From an uncultured Chitinophagales bacterium (GTDB lineage Bacteria; Bacteroidota; Bacteroidia; Chitinophagales; JADIYW01): a DNA stretch of 64,000 nt. The DNA is taken from positions 13,463 to 77,462 of the forward strand of contig CAZDOT010000009.1 in assembly GCA_964507125.1 (NCBI GenBank). Direction: 5' to 3'. The notes under the pieces were generated by a model. It was not told the origin of the DNA and did no database searches. It saw only the letters and a list, made by a program, of their open reading frames with translations. Of the stretch, positions 56,213 through 64,000 are shown piece after piece. Positions within the stretch are counted from its first letter, which is position 1, and every line of letters begins with the position of its first letter. The position numbers and the translations under genes are program-made.

Positions 56213-57433
56213 TTACTGCGTTTGCCCTTTTACGTCAAAAGCATCTCGGAGCCCATTTCCTAATAAGTTGAATGTCAATACCATAACCATAATACAAATT
56301 CCGGGTGCTAATGCTAAAAATGCTTTATCCGGCGTTAATAAATATGCACGATGGTCGTTTAACATCGTTCCCCAACTTGGTGTGGGTGGCTTTACGCCAA
56401 TACCAACAAACGATAAGCCGGCTTCAATTAATATAGCCGATGCAAAATCAGAGGCGGCAACAACCATAATAGGACCAATGATATTAGGTAAAATATGTTT
56501 GAGGATAATTCTGCCATTTTGAAAACCAAGACCACGTGCCGCCTGAACGTATTCCATTTCCCGAACAGACATCACTTGTCCACGAACAATACGTGCTACT
56601 TCTACCCACATCGACAAGCCCACTGCAATAAAAATAGCTAGGAAAGATGGAATTTTATCGCCAATAGCAAATCGAATTGCCATTGCTAAAAGTATTGTCG
56701 GAATTGCCCAAATTACATTAATGAACCACATAATAATATTGTCAACCGTGCCTCTATAAAAGCCGGCGATACTACCCATAAATATACCGATGGTTAATGA
56801 AATTAAAACGGCAACTAAGCCAACCGAAAGCGATACTCGAACACCAAATAATAAACGGCTCAAAATATCGCGACCATAACCATCCGTTCCTAAATGATAA
56901 GTTTTGGTGATAACTCGCTCGTTCGCAATTTCTTTTTTTAAATTCTCAATATCTATGGTGTGTTTTTCTTCTTTAAAATCAGTAAAAGTTGCTTGTTTGC
57001 CTTGGTATTGAATTTCCGGTTGTGTAATAGATAAAGCTTCGCAAACATCCACAATAGGTATTGATTTTTGCAAAGAACCTCTTCCTTCGCCTTCATAGGT
57101 TTGTAATATAATATTAGCGGAATCAAATGAATAAGATACAATCGGAAGCATTTCGTTCGGATTGTCTTTGCCCATAAAAACGCGCTTTAAAAAAGAGGTT
57201 GGATTTTCTTCTCTGTTTTTTTGCACCAGCAACATCTTTGTTGAAAATCCCGGATTCATATTGGCTAATTGCAATACTTGATCGTCGGCATCCGGTGTTT
57301 TGTCGGGAGCAATACTCGGACCGATAATAGCCAAAACTACTGCAATGCATATAATTACCAAACTGATAATTGCCGGCTTATTTTTCAATAATCGTATCCA
57401 AGTTTTCTTTAAAGGAGAATCGTTTTTAGCCAT
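56213..57433 (-). CDS. ABC transporter permease (DppC/OppC-like) with a large loop between TM1 and TM2
   Basis: HLGTDGYGRDILSRL and the EAA-like region YVQAARGLGFQNGRIILKHILPN. No partner ATPase or binding-protein gene is adjacent. The ATG is at 57433. Confidence 0.88.
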   Translation of the reverse strand: MAKNDSPLKKTWIRLLKNKPAIISLVIICIAVVLAIIGPSIAPDKTPDADDQVLQLANMNPGFSTKMLLVQKNREENPTSFLKRVFMGKDNPNEMLPIVSYSFDSANIILQTYEGEGRGSLQKSIPIVDVCEALSITQPEIQYQGKQATFTDFKEEKHTIDIENLKKEIANERVITKTYHLGTDGYGRDILSRLLFGVRVSLSVGLVAVLISLTIGIFMGSIAGFYRGTVDNIIMWFINVIWAIPTILLAMAIRFAIGDKIPSFLAIFIAVGLSMWVEVARIVRGQVMSVREMEYVQAARGLGFQNGRIILKHILPNIIGPIMVVAASDFASAILIEAGLSFVGIGVKPPTPSWGTMLNDHRAYLLTPDKAFLALAPGICIMVMVLTFNLLGNGLRDAFDVKGQTQ

Positions 57434-57627
57434 CAAAAGTGCTTTTAAAAATATTGATTGTTAAATAGAATTGCTATTTAAGGTGATAAAAATAAGCATT
57501 TACTTACGGATTTTTAAAATTGAATTTTCGATGCTATTATTAGCAGCTGTTTTTTCAAGAGTATAAGCTCAAAAGATATTTTTAGTTAGGTTGATATTAT
57601 AGTAATAGTGAATAAAACGAAAACGTT

Positions 57628-57635
57628 TATTTTTG
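57628..57635 (+). promoter_or_regulatory. TAnnTTTG (-7) box ending 4 nt before the rpiB ATG
   Basis: TATTTTTG at 57628-57635, with the ATG at 57640. Confidence 0.3.
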
Positions 57636-57639
57636 TAGT

Positions 57640-58074
57640 ATGAATTTTCCCAATAAAATAGTAATTGGCTCTGATCATGCCGGCGTTGAATACAAAACAG
57701 TTATCAAGCAATATTTAGAAAAAAATAATGTAGAAGTGATAGATGTGGGTACGTACTCAACAGATAGCTGTGATTATCCGGATTATGCACATGCAGCCGC
57801 AAAAGAGATAGAAAATGCTACAGTAGATTTTGGAATATTGATATGTGGTTCAGCAAATGGTGTGGCCATTACAGCCAATAAACACCAAAAAATTCGTGCT
57901 GCTTTATGCTGGCAAAACGAGATTGCCAGTTTAGCTCGTCAACACAACGATGCCAATATAATTTGCTTGCCGGCACGATTCGTTACGATAGATGAAGCAC
58001 AAGAAATGGTGCATACTTTCCTTATCACTGATTTTGAAGGTGGTCGCCATCAGAAGAGAATAGAGAAAATTTAA
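57640..58074 (+). CDS. rpiB: ribose 5-phosphate isomerase B
   Basis: IVIGSDHAGVEYK, ILICGSANGVAITANK and FEGGRHQKRI. Confidence 0.95.
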   Translation: MNFPNKIVIGSDHAGVEYKTVIKQYLEKNNVEVIDVGTYSTDSCDYPDYAHAAAKEIENATVDFGILICGSANGVAITANKHQKIRAALCWQNEIASLARQHNDANIICLPARFVTIDEAQEMVHTFLITDFEGGRHQKRIEKI

Positions 58075-58083
58075 TACTGTTTG

Positions 58084-58998
58084 ATGCAAAAGGAACTTAC
58101 TGGATATTGGACATTTTTTTGCAATCCTGCTATATGGGAAATTGACAAATTTCTTTCAACTAATATAGAATATGATAATTATAGAGTAAATGATTGGTAT
58201 AAAAATTATATTCAACCAGGTCAACTAGCTATCATTCGTGTTGGAATTGATAAAAGAACGAAAGAACAATTAACAAATAAGAATAAACTCAATCCAGGTA
58301 TTTACGCAATTGTTGAAATACTTAATAAACCTAGAGTTTTGCCTGTTAAATCAGATTTCTATTTAAAAGATAATGAGAATGGTCAAGAGAGATTAAGAGT
58401 AAAAATTCGTTATTTAAAAAATTTACTTAATAATCCATTGTCATTAGAAATATTGAAACAAAACCCTATTACAAATCAAGACAAATATTTAATTGAAGGT
58501 TTTCAGCGTTCTTGTATGCCCTTGAAGAAAGATGTTTTTGATGAAATAATAAAAATACTGGGTGCTGAACAACAAATCTTTAATAATATAGAAAATGAAA
58601 CTATACATGACAATCAAGAGATTATAAATCTTGAGTTAAAATATCAGAATGCCTCACCACAAGTAAAGGAAGTAATTAGTAAACGAATTGAAAGAGGGAA
58701 AATATCTTCAGAAATAAAGAAAGTATATAAATACAAATGTAAAATTTGTGAATCACTTGGTTTGAACCCATATTCGTTCCAAAAGACAAACGGTGAATAT
58801 TATATTGAAACTCATCATTTAATTCCAGTTTCTAATTTATTACAAGGTTCATTAGGCATTTCTAACTTAATTACTGTTTGTGCAAATCACCACAGACAAT
58901 TCCATTTTGGTAATATTGAAATAATCGATAATACACATGAAGCATTAATATTGAGTATTGATGGACGAAAAATAGAAATAGAAAAAATGAAATTGTAA
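58084..58998 (+). CDS. EVE/PUA-like domain fused to an HNH endonuclease (putative modification-dependent restriction endonuclease)
   Basis: The N-terminal part shows YWTFFCNPAIWEIDKF...GQLAIIRVG...PGIYAIVEILNKP...RVKIRYL...PLSLEILKQNP...FQRSCMPL. The C-terminal part shows CKIC...ETHHLIP...N...CANHHRQFH. The gene is AT-rich and lacks CCGG. Confidence 0.75.
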   Translation: MQKELTGYWTFFCNPAIWEIDKFLSTNIEYDNYRVNDWYKNYIQPGQLAIIRVGIDKRTKEQLTNKNKLNPGIYAIVEILNKPRVLPVKSDFYLKDNENGQERLRVKIRYLKNLLNNPLSLEILKQNPITNQDKYLIEGFQRSCMPLKKDVFDEIIKILGAEQQIFNNIENETIHDNQEIINLELKYQNASPQVKEVISKRIERGKISSEIKKVYKYKCKICESLGLNPYSFQKTNGEYYIETHHLIPVSNLLQGSLGISNLITVCANHHRQFHFGNIEIIDNTHEALILSIDGRKIEIEKMKL

Positions 58999-59110
58999 AA
59001 AGTCAGCACATATCTTCAAAATCAGCTAAATCTGTGTTCAAAATCACCAAAATTTAACATTAAACCTTCATTTTCAAATCGTTTCATTTTCGATTTATCA
59101 AATAATGTTG

Positions 59111-59118
59111 TATTTTTG
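59111..59118 (+). promoter_or_regulatory. TAnnTTTG (-7) box for the rpsF operon
   Basis: TATTTTTG lies 39 nt upstream of ATG 59158. The hairpin TCCGAA/TTCGGA (59122-59137) lies in the predicted leader. Confidence 0.35.
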
Positions 59119-59157
59119 CAGTCCGAAATTTTTCGGAATTATTAAATTAATCCTATT

Positions 59158-59511
59158 ATGAACAATTACGAAACGGTTTTTATTACAACGCCGGTGCTCA
59201 GTAACGATGAGTACACAAGAACCGTAAAAAAGTACGCTGAGCTAATAGAAAAAGCTGGTGGAAATGTGGTTCACAAAGAAGATTGGGGCATTAAGCAATT
59301 GGCTTATCCAATCCAAAAGAAAACAACAGGTTTTTATACCTTGTTACAATTTGAGGTGGATCCTCAATTTATCCGCAAGTTTGAGGTTGAATTTAAACGC
59401 GATGAAAACATCATGCGTTTCTTGACAACTCGTTTAGACAAACATGCAATCGCGTATGCTGAGCAACGCAGAAACAAATTAAGTGGTAAATCTAAAAAAG
59501 CGGAGGTTTAA
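59158..59511 (+). CDS. rpsF: 30S ribosomal protein S6
   Basis: MNNYETVFI... and WGIKQLAYPI. Confidence 0.96.
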   Translation: MNNYETVFITTPVLSNDEYTRTVKKYAELIEKAGGNVVHKEDWGIKQLAYPIQKKTTGFYTLLQFEVDPQFIRKFEVEFKRDENIMRFLTTRLDKHAIAYAEQRRNKLSGKSKKAEV

Positions 59512-59512
59512 A

Positions 59513-59779
59513 ATGGCAACACAAGACGAAATTAAATTTTTGAATGCACCTAAAATTGGTTCAAACAAGAAAAAATACTGCCGATTCAAAAAAAGTGGTA
59601 TCAAATACATCGACTACAAGGATCCTCAGTTCTTGTTGAAATTCGTGAACGATCAAGGTAAATTATTGCCTCGTCGTATTACTGGAAACTCATTGAAATA
59701 CCAACGTAAAATTTCACAAGCTGTGAAAAAAGCACGTCACGTGGCAATATTGCCTTATGTTACTGACCTTTTAAAATAA
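59513..59779 (+). CDS. rpsR: 30S ribosomal protein S18
   Basis: KKYCRFKKSGIKYIDYKD...LPRRITG...QRKISQAVKKARHVAILPY. The ATG is at 59513. Confidence 0.96.
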   Translation: MATQDEIKFLNAPKIGSNKKKYCRFKKSGIKYIDYKDPQFLLKFVNDQGKLLPRRITGNSLKYQRKISQAVKKARHVAILPYVTDLLK

Positions 59780-59786
59780 GAAAATC

Positions 59787-60233
59787 ATGGAAGTAATTTT
59801 ATTAAAAGATATAGAAAACTTAGGCACTAAATTCGATGTAGTAAATGTGAAACCAGGCTACGGTCGTAATTACCTAATTCCTCAAGGATTTGCTCAAATA
59901 GCAAACGTATCTAACAAAAAACACAACGAAGAAATTAAAAAACAACAATCTGCAAAAATTGCGAAGTTAATCGAAGATTACAAAGCATTAGCAGAGAAGT
60001 TGAAAGCTTCAAAAGTAATTGTAGGTGCAAAAGCCGGTACTACCGGAAAACTATTTGGTAGCGTTACCAATATTCAAGTAGCAGAAGCTTTGAAAAACCA
60101 ATTCGACTTAAAAGTTGATAGAAAAAAAGTACATATCATCGGTGAAGTAAAAGAAGTGGGAACGTATAAAGCAAATGTAAACTTGTACAAAGAAGTTTCT
60201 ACTGAGATTGATTTTGAAGTAGTAGCTGAATAA
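59787..60233 (+). CDS. rplI: 50S ribosomal protein L9
   Basis: MEVILLKDIENLG...VNVKPGYGRNYLIPQG. Confidence 0.96.
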   Translation: MEVILLKDIENLGTKFDVVNVKPGYGRNYLIPQGFAQIANVSNKKHNEEIKKQQSAKIAKLIEDYKALAEKLKASKVIVGAKAGTTGKLFGSVTNIQVAEALKNQFDLKVDRKKVHIIGEVKEVGTYKANVNLYKEVSTEIDFEVVAE

Positions 60234-60258
60234 GTAAAACCAATACTTACACAATACG

Positions 60259-60289
60259 AAAACGCTGGATTTTATTCAGCGTTTTTTTT
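60259..60289. terminator. intrinsic terminator after rplI
   Basis: AAAACGCTG, loop GATTTTATT, CAGCGTTTT, then a T-run. Confidence 0.8.
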
Positions 60290-60337
60290 ATGTACTTCAA
60301 GATATTTTTGAAAATAAAGGATAATGTATAAATGTCA

Positions 60338-61573
60338 TTATTCATACCGCAAAGCCTCAATCGGATCTAATTGAGATGCTTTAAATGCCGGATAAATGCC
60401 GGAAATTAATCCAACTATAAAACAAAAACTAATACCCACCAACATCCAAATCCAAGGTATAATAAAAGTGCCACCTACGGATAAAGAAACAGCATTGCCG
60501 GCTATGATGCCTAATAAAATGCCCAGCAATCCACCTAATTGGCAAATAACAATGGCCTCTAATAAAAATTGTAAACGAATGGTTTTGTTGCTGGCACCTA
60601 TCGCTTTTAATGTGCCAATTTCTTTGGTGCGTTCCGTAACACTAACCAGCATAATATTCATCAATCCAATAGCAGCACCAATGAGTGTGATGATACCAAT
60701 GACAAATCCTGCCATTGTTGCATAGCTCATTTTTTCTACAAACATTCCGGAAATGCTATCGCTTTTTAATATGTCAAAGTTGATAGCCTCACCCGGTCGT
60801 AGTTTGCGTACATTGCGCATCGCTAAGGTTGCTGCATCCACGGACGGTTGTAAATTTTCCGGATCATCGCCTTTTACACTAATAACATACGATGGATTGG
60901 TTTGTGCATATAATTGCCTTGCTTTGGTAAGCGGTATCACTACAATATTATCGGTGGTAATAAAGCTTGAGCCTTTCTCATTTAGTACACCAATGACATT
61001 AAATTTGACATTGTCGATGTGTACAATTCGGCCCTCAATAGAGTACGATTTACCGAATAATTTTTTGGCAACCGTGTACCCCAAAATAACTACGTTAGTA
61101 CCGAATTTCATATCTGTTTCATTGAAATTTCGGCCTTGTAAAAGCGTGTAGCTCTCGTTTTGTAAGTAGTTTTCATCCGAACCTAAAACAAGAATATTCG
61201 GATTAGTTTTGGTAGTACCATTTTTTACAACAGAACCTTGACTGCCTATATATTGCAATGAAGTTGGATATTGATTATTGATTTTGTTTTTAAATTGAAC
61301 CGCCTCAAAATAAGAAATACTTCTATATACTTTCTGTGCCACATCATCGTCTGCATCTAAGCTAAATCCAAGATTTTTATTGCGTATTTTAAACGTACCT
61401 GCGCCCATGCTACTAAAGCTTTCCGACAAATAACCTTTCAAACCATCTACAGATGTAAGAATGCCAACGAGTGCCATTATTCCAAAACCGATGATGCAGC
61501 AAGTAATAACCGTTCGGATAATATTTGCCCGAACAGAACGAAATGACAATGTGAGTATTTCTAAAAAATTCAC
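60338..61573 (-). CDS. FtsX/MacB-type ABC transporter permease
   Basis: TM1, a large periplasmic MacB-like core, then three C-terminal TM segments with the RTKEIGTLKAIGAS motif. The start appears to be a GTG. No ATPase gene is adjacent. Confidence 0.88.
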   Translation of the reverse strand: MNFLEILTLSFRSVRANIIRTVITCCIIGFGIMALVGILTSVDGLKGYLSESFSSMGAGTFKIRNKNLGFSLDADDDVAQKVYRSISYFEAVQFKNKINNQYPTSLQYIGSQGSVVKNGTTKTNPNILVLGSDENYLQNESYTLLQGRNFNETDMKFGTNVVILGYTVAKKLFGKSYSIEGRIVHIDNVKFNVIGVLNEKGSSFITTDNIVVIPLTKARQLYAQTNPSYVISVKGDDPENLQPSVDAATLAMRNVRKLRPGEAINFDILKSDSISGMFVEKMSYATMAGFVIGIITLIGAAIGLMNIMLVSVTERTKEIGTLKAIGASNKTIRLQFLLEAIVICQLGGLLGILLGIIAGNAVSLSVGGTFIIPWIWMLVGISFCFIVGLISGIYPAFKASQLDPIEALRYE

Positions 61574-61635
61574 CGTTTAAAGATAAAGGAAGTTGTTTAT
61601 ATAGGTAGAAAATATTTACAAAATATTACAAATGA

Positions 61636-61659
61636 AAAAACCATCCCGAAGGATGGTTT
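61636..61659 (-). terminator. intrinsic terminator after the lipoprotein gene
   Basis: Minus strand: AAACCATCC, loop TTCG, GGATGGTTT, followed by T-rich TTTTTCATTT. Confidence 0.8.
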
Positions 61660-61681
61660 GTATTAAACTAAATGAAAATAA

Positions 61682-62350
61682 TTAGCAAGGTAATGCATTG
61701 CAAATGCCTGTTAATAAACCGGCACCAAGATTTAAAACTAAGGAACATAAAAGTCCGCCTACAACCGGAATAGTTGTTACGTTGATAGCTGCACAAATAG
61801 CATCACCGGCAAACATTTTTGTTAAAGTAACGGCTAAGTTGCAAATGTCTCTCAATGGGCAAGCCATCACTTTGCCGTTTACAACTGCATCAGCGCCTAA
61901 TGAATTTTTTAATTCAGGATTTAAGTCGATGGCTTTAGTGAAAGTAGCTTGTAAATCGGCGTTATTCATTTTGGATAATTCCGGATATTTTTCATTTATT
62001 TTTCCTAAAGTAACTCCAAATTCTTGGACTTCTTTTATGAAAGATTCATACGGCATTCCTAAGATGCTTGCTGCTTTTGCCAAATCTTCGGAAGTAGCTG
62101 TTTTGTTGTTTACTTTTGCTACAATAGTTTGTAATTCTGTAAGGCTGTTTGCATCGTTCAATGTTCCGCCAGATGTTTTTAGATATAAATCTTTGGCAGC
62201 ATTTATCGCATCTGTAAGCACTTGGTCTTTGGCTAATTTTTGTTCTAAAGTAGCAGATGAACCTGTAAGCTCAGTGGTTTTTTGGCATGATACGAATGAC
62301 AAACATGCTACTAATACAATAGCAATTACGGATAAAAATGTTTTTTTCAT
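61682..62350 (-). CDS. lipoprotein of unknown function with a Cys/Gly-rich hydrophobic C-terminal tail
   Basis: Lipobox SFVSC, and a ~150-aa helical polar domain. The last 63 aa (KVMACPLRDICNLAVTL...VVGGLLCSLVLNLGAGLLTGICNALPC) contain 6 Cys. The gene has its own terminator. Confidence 0.7.
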   Translation of the reverse strand: MKKTFLSVIAIVLVACLSFVSCQKTTELTGSSATLEQKLAKDQVLTDAINAAKDLYLKTSGGTLNDANSLTELQTIVAKVNNKTATSEDLAKAASILGMPYESFIKEVQEFGVTLGKINEKYPELSKMNNADLQATFTKAIDLNPELKNSLGADAVVNGKVMACPLRDICNLAVTLTKMFAGDAICAAINVTTIPVVGGLLCSLVLNLGAGLLTGICNALPC

Positions 62351-62771
62351 CAAAGATTTTATTTGGTTAGTATTTATTTGTGTAACTAAATATAGTTACT
62401 TATTTTGGTTAATTAAACCAGTTGAAAATTTCTTGACTTTTGTTATTTAATCCAAAATCAAAAAAGTTACTTTAAGCTGTTGTGCGGTTTGAATTTCGAT
62501 GTAGCAGCATAAAAAATAGTTCTATGTCACCTAAATTAAATCTTCTAAAATCAAAACTGGCTTGTACATACAAACAAGATAGCTTTAAGGTATAAACTTT
62601 AAAATCGAATCCAACGTTGTAAGTTTGTTTGTTAAATAATTCAACCGCTTATAGAATAGACGTATAGTTGGAGAATGTTGGCATCAACCTAAATTAAGAT
62701 TAAATAATTTAATAAAGTACATTTTTTGATGAATTTGCAGCATCATTTATAAAGTTTTCTTCAGAATGTCG

Positions 62772-62779
62772 TACCTTTG
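62772..62779 (+). promoter_or_regulatory. TAnnTTTG (-7) box upstream of aconitase
   Basis: TACCTTTG lies 46 nt before ATG 62826. Confidence 0.3.
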
Positions 62780-62825
62780 CACCCGATTTCAATTCTTATT
62801 TTCTAATTTTTAAAACTCCAATACC

Positions 62826-64000
62826 ATGATTTTTGATTTGGATATGATTAAAAAGGTTTACGCAGAATTTCCTGCGAAAGTGGATAAAGCTAAAGCACTT
62901 TTAAATAGACCTTTAACTTTAGCAGAAAAAATTTTATTTGCACACTTACACGAATCGCAGAATTTAGAAGATTTCCAACGCGGAAAATCGTATGTAGATT
63001 TTGCACCGGATCGCGTAGCGATGCAAGATGCAACTGCTCAAATGGCATTATTGCAATTTATGCAAGCAGGCCGCAAAAAGGTAGCAGTTCCATCCACGGT
63101 TCATGCGGATCACTTAATCCAAGCTAAAATTGGTGCAGATAAAGATTTGCAAGAAGCCATTAATATTAATAATGAAGTGTATAATTTCTTGTCTTCCGTA
63201 TCTAATAAATACGGAGTTGGTTTCTGGAAACCGGGTGCAGGTATTATTCACCAAGTAGTATTAGAAAATTATGCATTTCCCGGCGGAATGATGATTGGTA
63301 CCGACTCACATACAGTAAATGCAGGTGGTTTAGGTATGATCGCTATTGGCGTTGGTGGTGCAGATGCTGTAGACGTAATGGCAGGAATGCCTTGGGAATT
63401 AAAATGGCCTAAATTAATCGGTGTAAAATTAACCGGAAAATTAAGTGGCTGGACTTCTCCAAAAGATGTTATTTTAAAAGTAGCCGGCATCTTAACGGTA
63501 AAAGGTGGTACAGGTGCTATCGTTGAATATTTTGGCGAAGGTGTTACCGCCATGTCTTGTACTGGTAAAGGTACAATTGCTAACATGGGTGCTGAAATTG
63601 GTGCAACTACTTCTACTTTTGGTTATGATGAGTCTATGTCTAGATATTTATCCGGAACAGGCCGTGCTGATGTTGCAGCCTTAGCGGATACTATTAAACC
63701 TTACTTAAATGCAGACGCAGAGTGTTATGAAAATCCGGAAAAATATTTCGACCAAGTAATTGAAATTAATTTATCTGAATTAGAACCACACTTGAACGGA
63801 CCTTTCACACCGGATTTAGCAACTCCTATTTCTAAAATGAAAGAAGAAGCAGCGAAAAATGGCTGGCCATTAGAAGTAAAAGTAGGTTTAATTGGTTCTT
63901 GTACGAACTCATCTTACGAAGATATTTCTCGTGCAGCATCTTTAGCAAAACAAGTAAAAGCCAAAAACTTAAAATCAAAAGCTCAATTCACTATTACACC
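62826..64000 (+). CDS. acnA: aconitate hydratase (mitochondrial-type), 5' part; runs off the window end
   Basis: An open frame from ATG 62826 to the window end. It is not in the ORF track because there is no stop. Motifs are [58 protein letters not shown] and [12 protein letters not shown]. Confidence 0.93.
   Translation, partial: MIFDLDMIKKVYAEFPAKVDKAKALLNRPLTLAEKILFAHLHESQNLEDFQRGKSYVDFAPDRVAMQDATAQMALLQFMQAGRKKVAVPSTVHADHLIQAKIGADKDLQEAININNEVYNFLSSVSNKYGVGFWKPGAGIIHQVVLENYAFPGGMMIGTDSHTVNAGGLGMIAIGVGGADAVDVMAGMPWELKWPKLIGVKLTGKLSGWTSPKDVILKVAGILTVKGGTGAIVEYFGEGVTAMSCTGKGTIANMGAEIGATTSTFGYDESMSRYLSGTGRADVAALADTIKPYLNADAECYENPEKYFDQVIEINLSELEPHLNGPFTPDLATPISKMKEEAAKNGWPLEVKVGLIGSCTNSSYEDISRAASLAKQVKAKNLKSKAQFTIT

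Noticed and set aside
61698-62450. A 250-aa + strand ORF covering the lipoprotein locus.
   Set aside because: The minus-strand frame has a proper lipobox signal peptide and is followed by a minus-strand intrinsic terminator. The + strand product has no start context, signal or motif and looks like a shadow ORF.
63102-63113. Aconitase reads H-A-D-H where I remember H-C-D-H in mitochondrial-type enzymes.
   Set aside because: As far as I recall, that cysteine is not one of the three Fe-S cluster ligands, and my memory of the consensus is not reliable enough. It is probably a neutral substitution.
63269-63586. A 105-aa minus-strand ORF.
   Set aside because: It lies inside the aconitase reading frame (GTDSHT region) on the opposite strand, so it is a shadow ORF. 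The same applies to the many 60-140-aa antisense ORFs listed inside other large genes.
1-64000. Search for mobile elements, prophage genes, CRISPR-cas, toxin-antitoxin pairs and multi-gene defence islands.
   Set aside because: I recognised no transposase, integrase, recombinase, cas, phage structural or obvious toxin-antitoxin gene. Apart from the two small AT-rich inserts (1291-1644 and 58084-58998), the window reads as core chromosome.

Overview
The window is a low-GC Bacteroidota chromosomal segment. Supporting signs are gldB, two cargo genes with T9SS C-terminal sorting domains, and TAnnTTTG-type promoter boxes. It is densely packed with about 58 protein-coding genes, almost all housekeeping or core. 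They include beta-oxidation genes (FadB-like, thiolase, a large acyl-CoA dehydrogenase), grpE-dnaJ, an ABC-2 transporter, galE and rfbA, and two two-component systems. There is also a TetR-TolC-MFP-RND efflux operon, obg, adk, serA, gldB divergent from nadE, dnaN, and ileS-dksA-like-lspA. The rest are an EPS sugar-transferase plus outer-membrane barrel pair, recA, psd, rpiB, rpsF-rpsR-rplI and the 5' part of aconitase. I recognised no rRNA, tRNA, CRISPR array, transposase, integrase or prophage gene. The observations worth a second look are these. (1) A stand-alone EVE/PUA-like-HNH nuclease gene sits on a small AT-rich islet between rpiB and rpsF and is a candidate modification-dependent restriction enzyme. 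(2) A DksA/TraR-type protein carries a ~220-aa histone-H1-like Lys/Ala/Pro repeat extension inside the ileS-lspA operon. (3) A four-helix-bundle (23S-IVS-type) gene cassette lies between the FadB-like and thiolase genes and is bracketed by inverted TACT/AGTA short tandem repeats. (4) Related 7-8-nt tandem repeat arrays begin on or just after stop codons at several other gene ends. (5) A 498-nt ORF-free gap contains a duplicated 13-mer at hairpin tips. (6) A lipoprotein has a Cys/Gly-rich hydrophobic tail. All domain calls come from reading motifs by eye and need HMM or structure confirmation.
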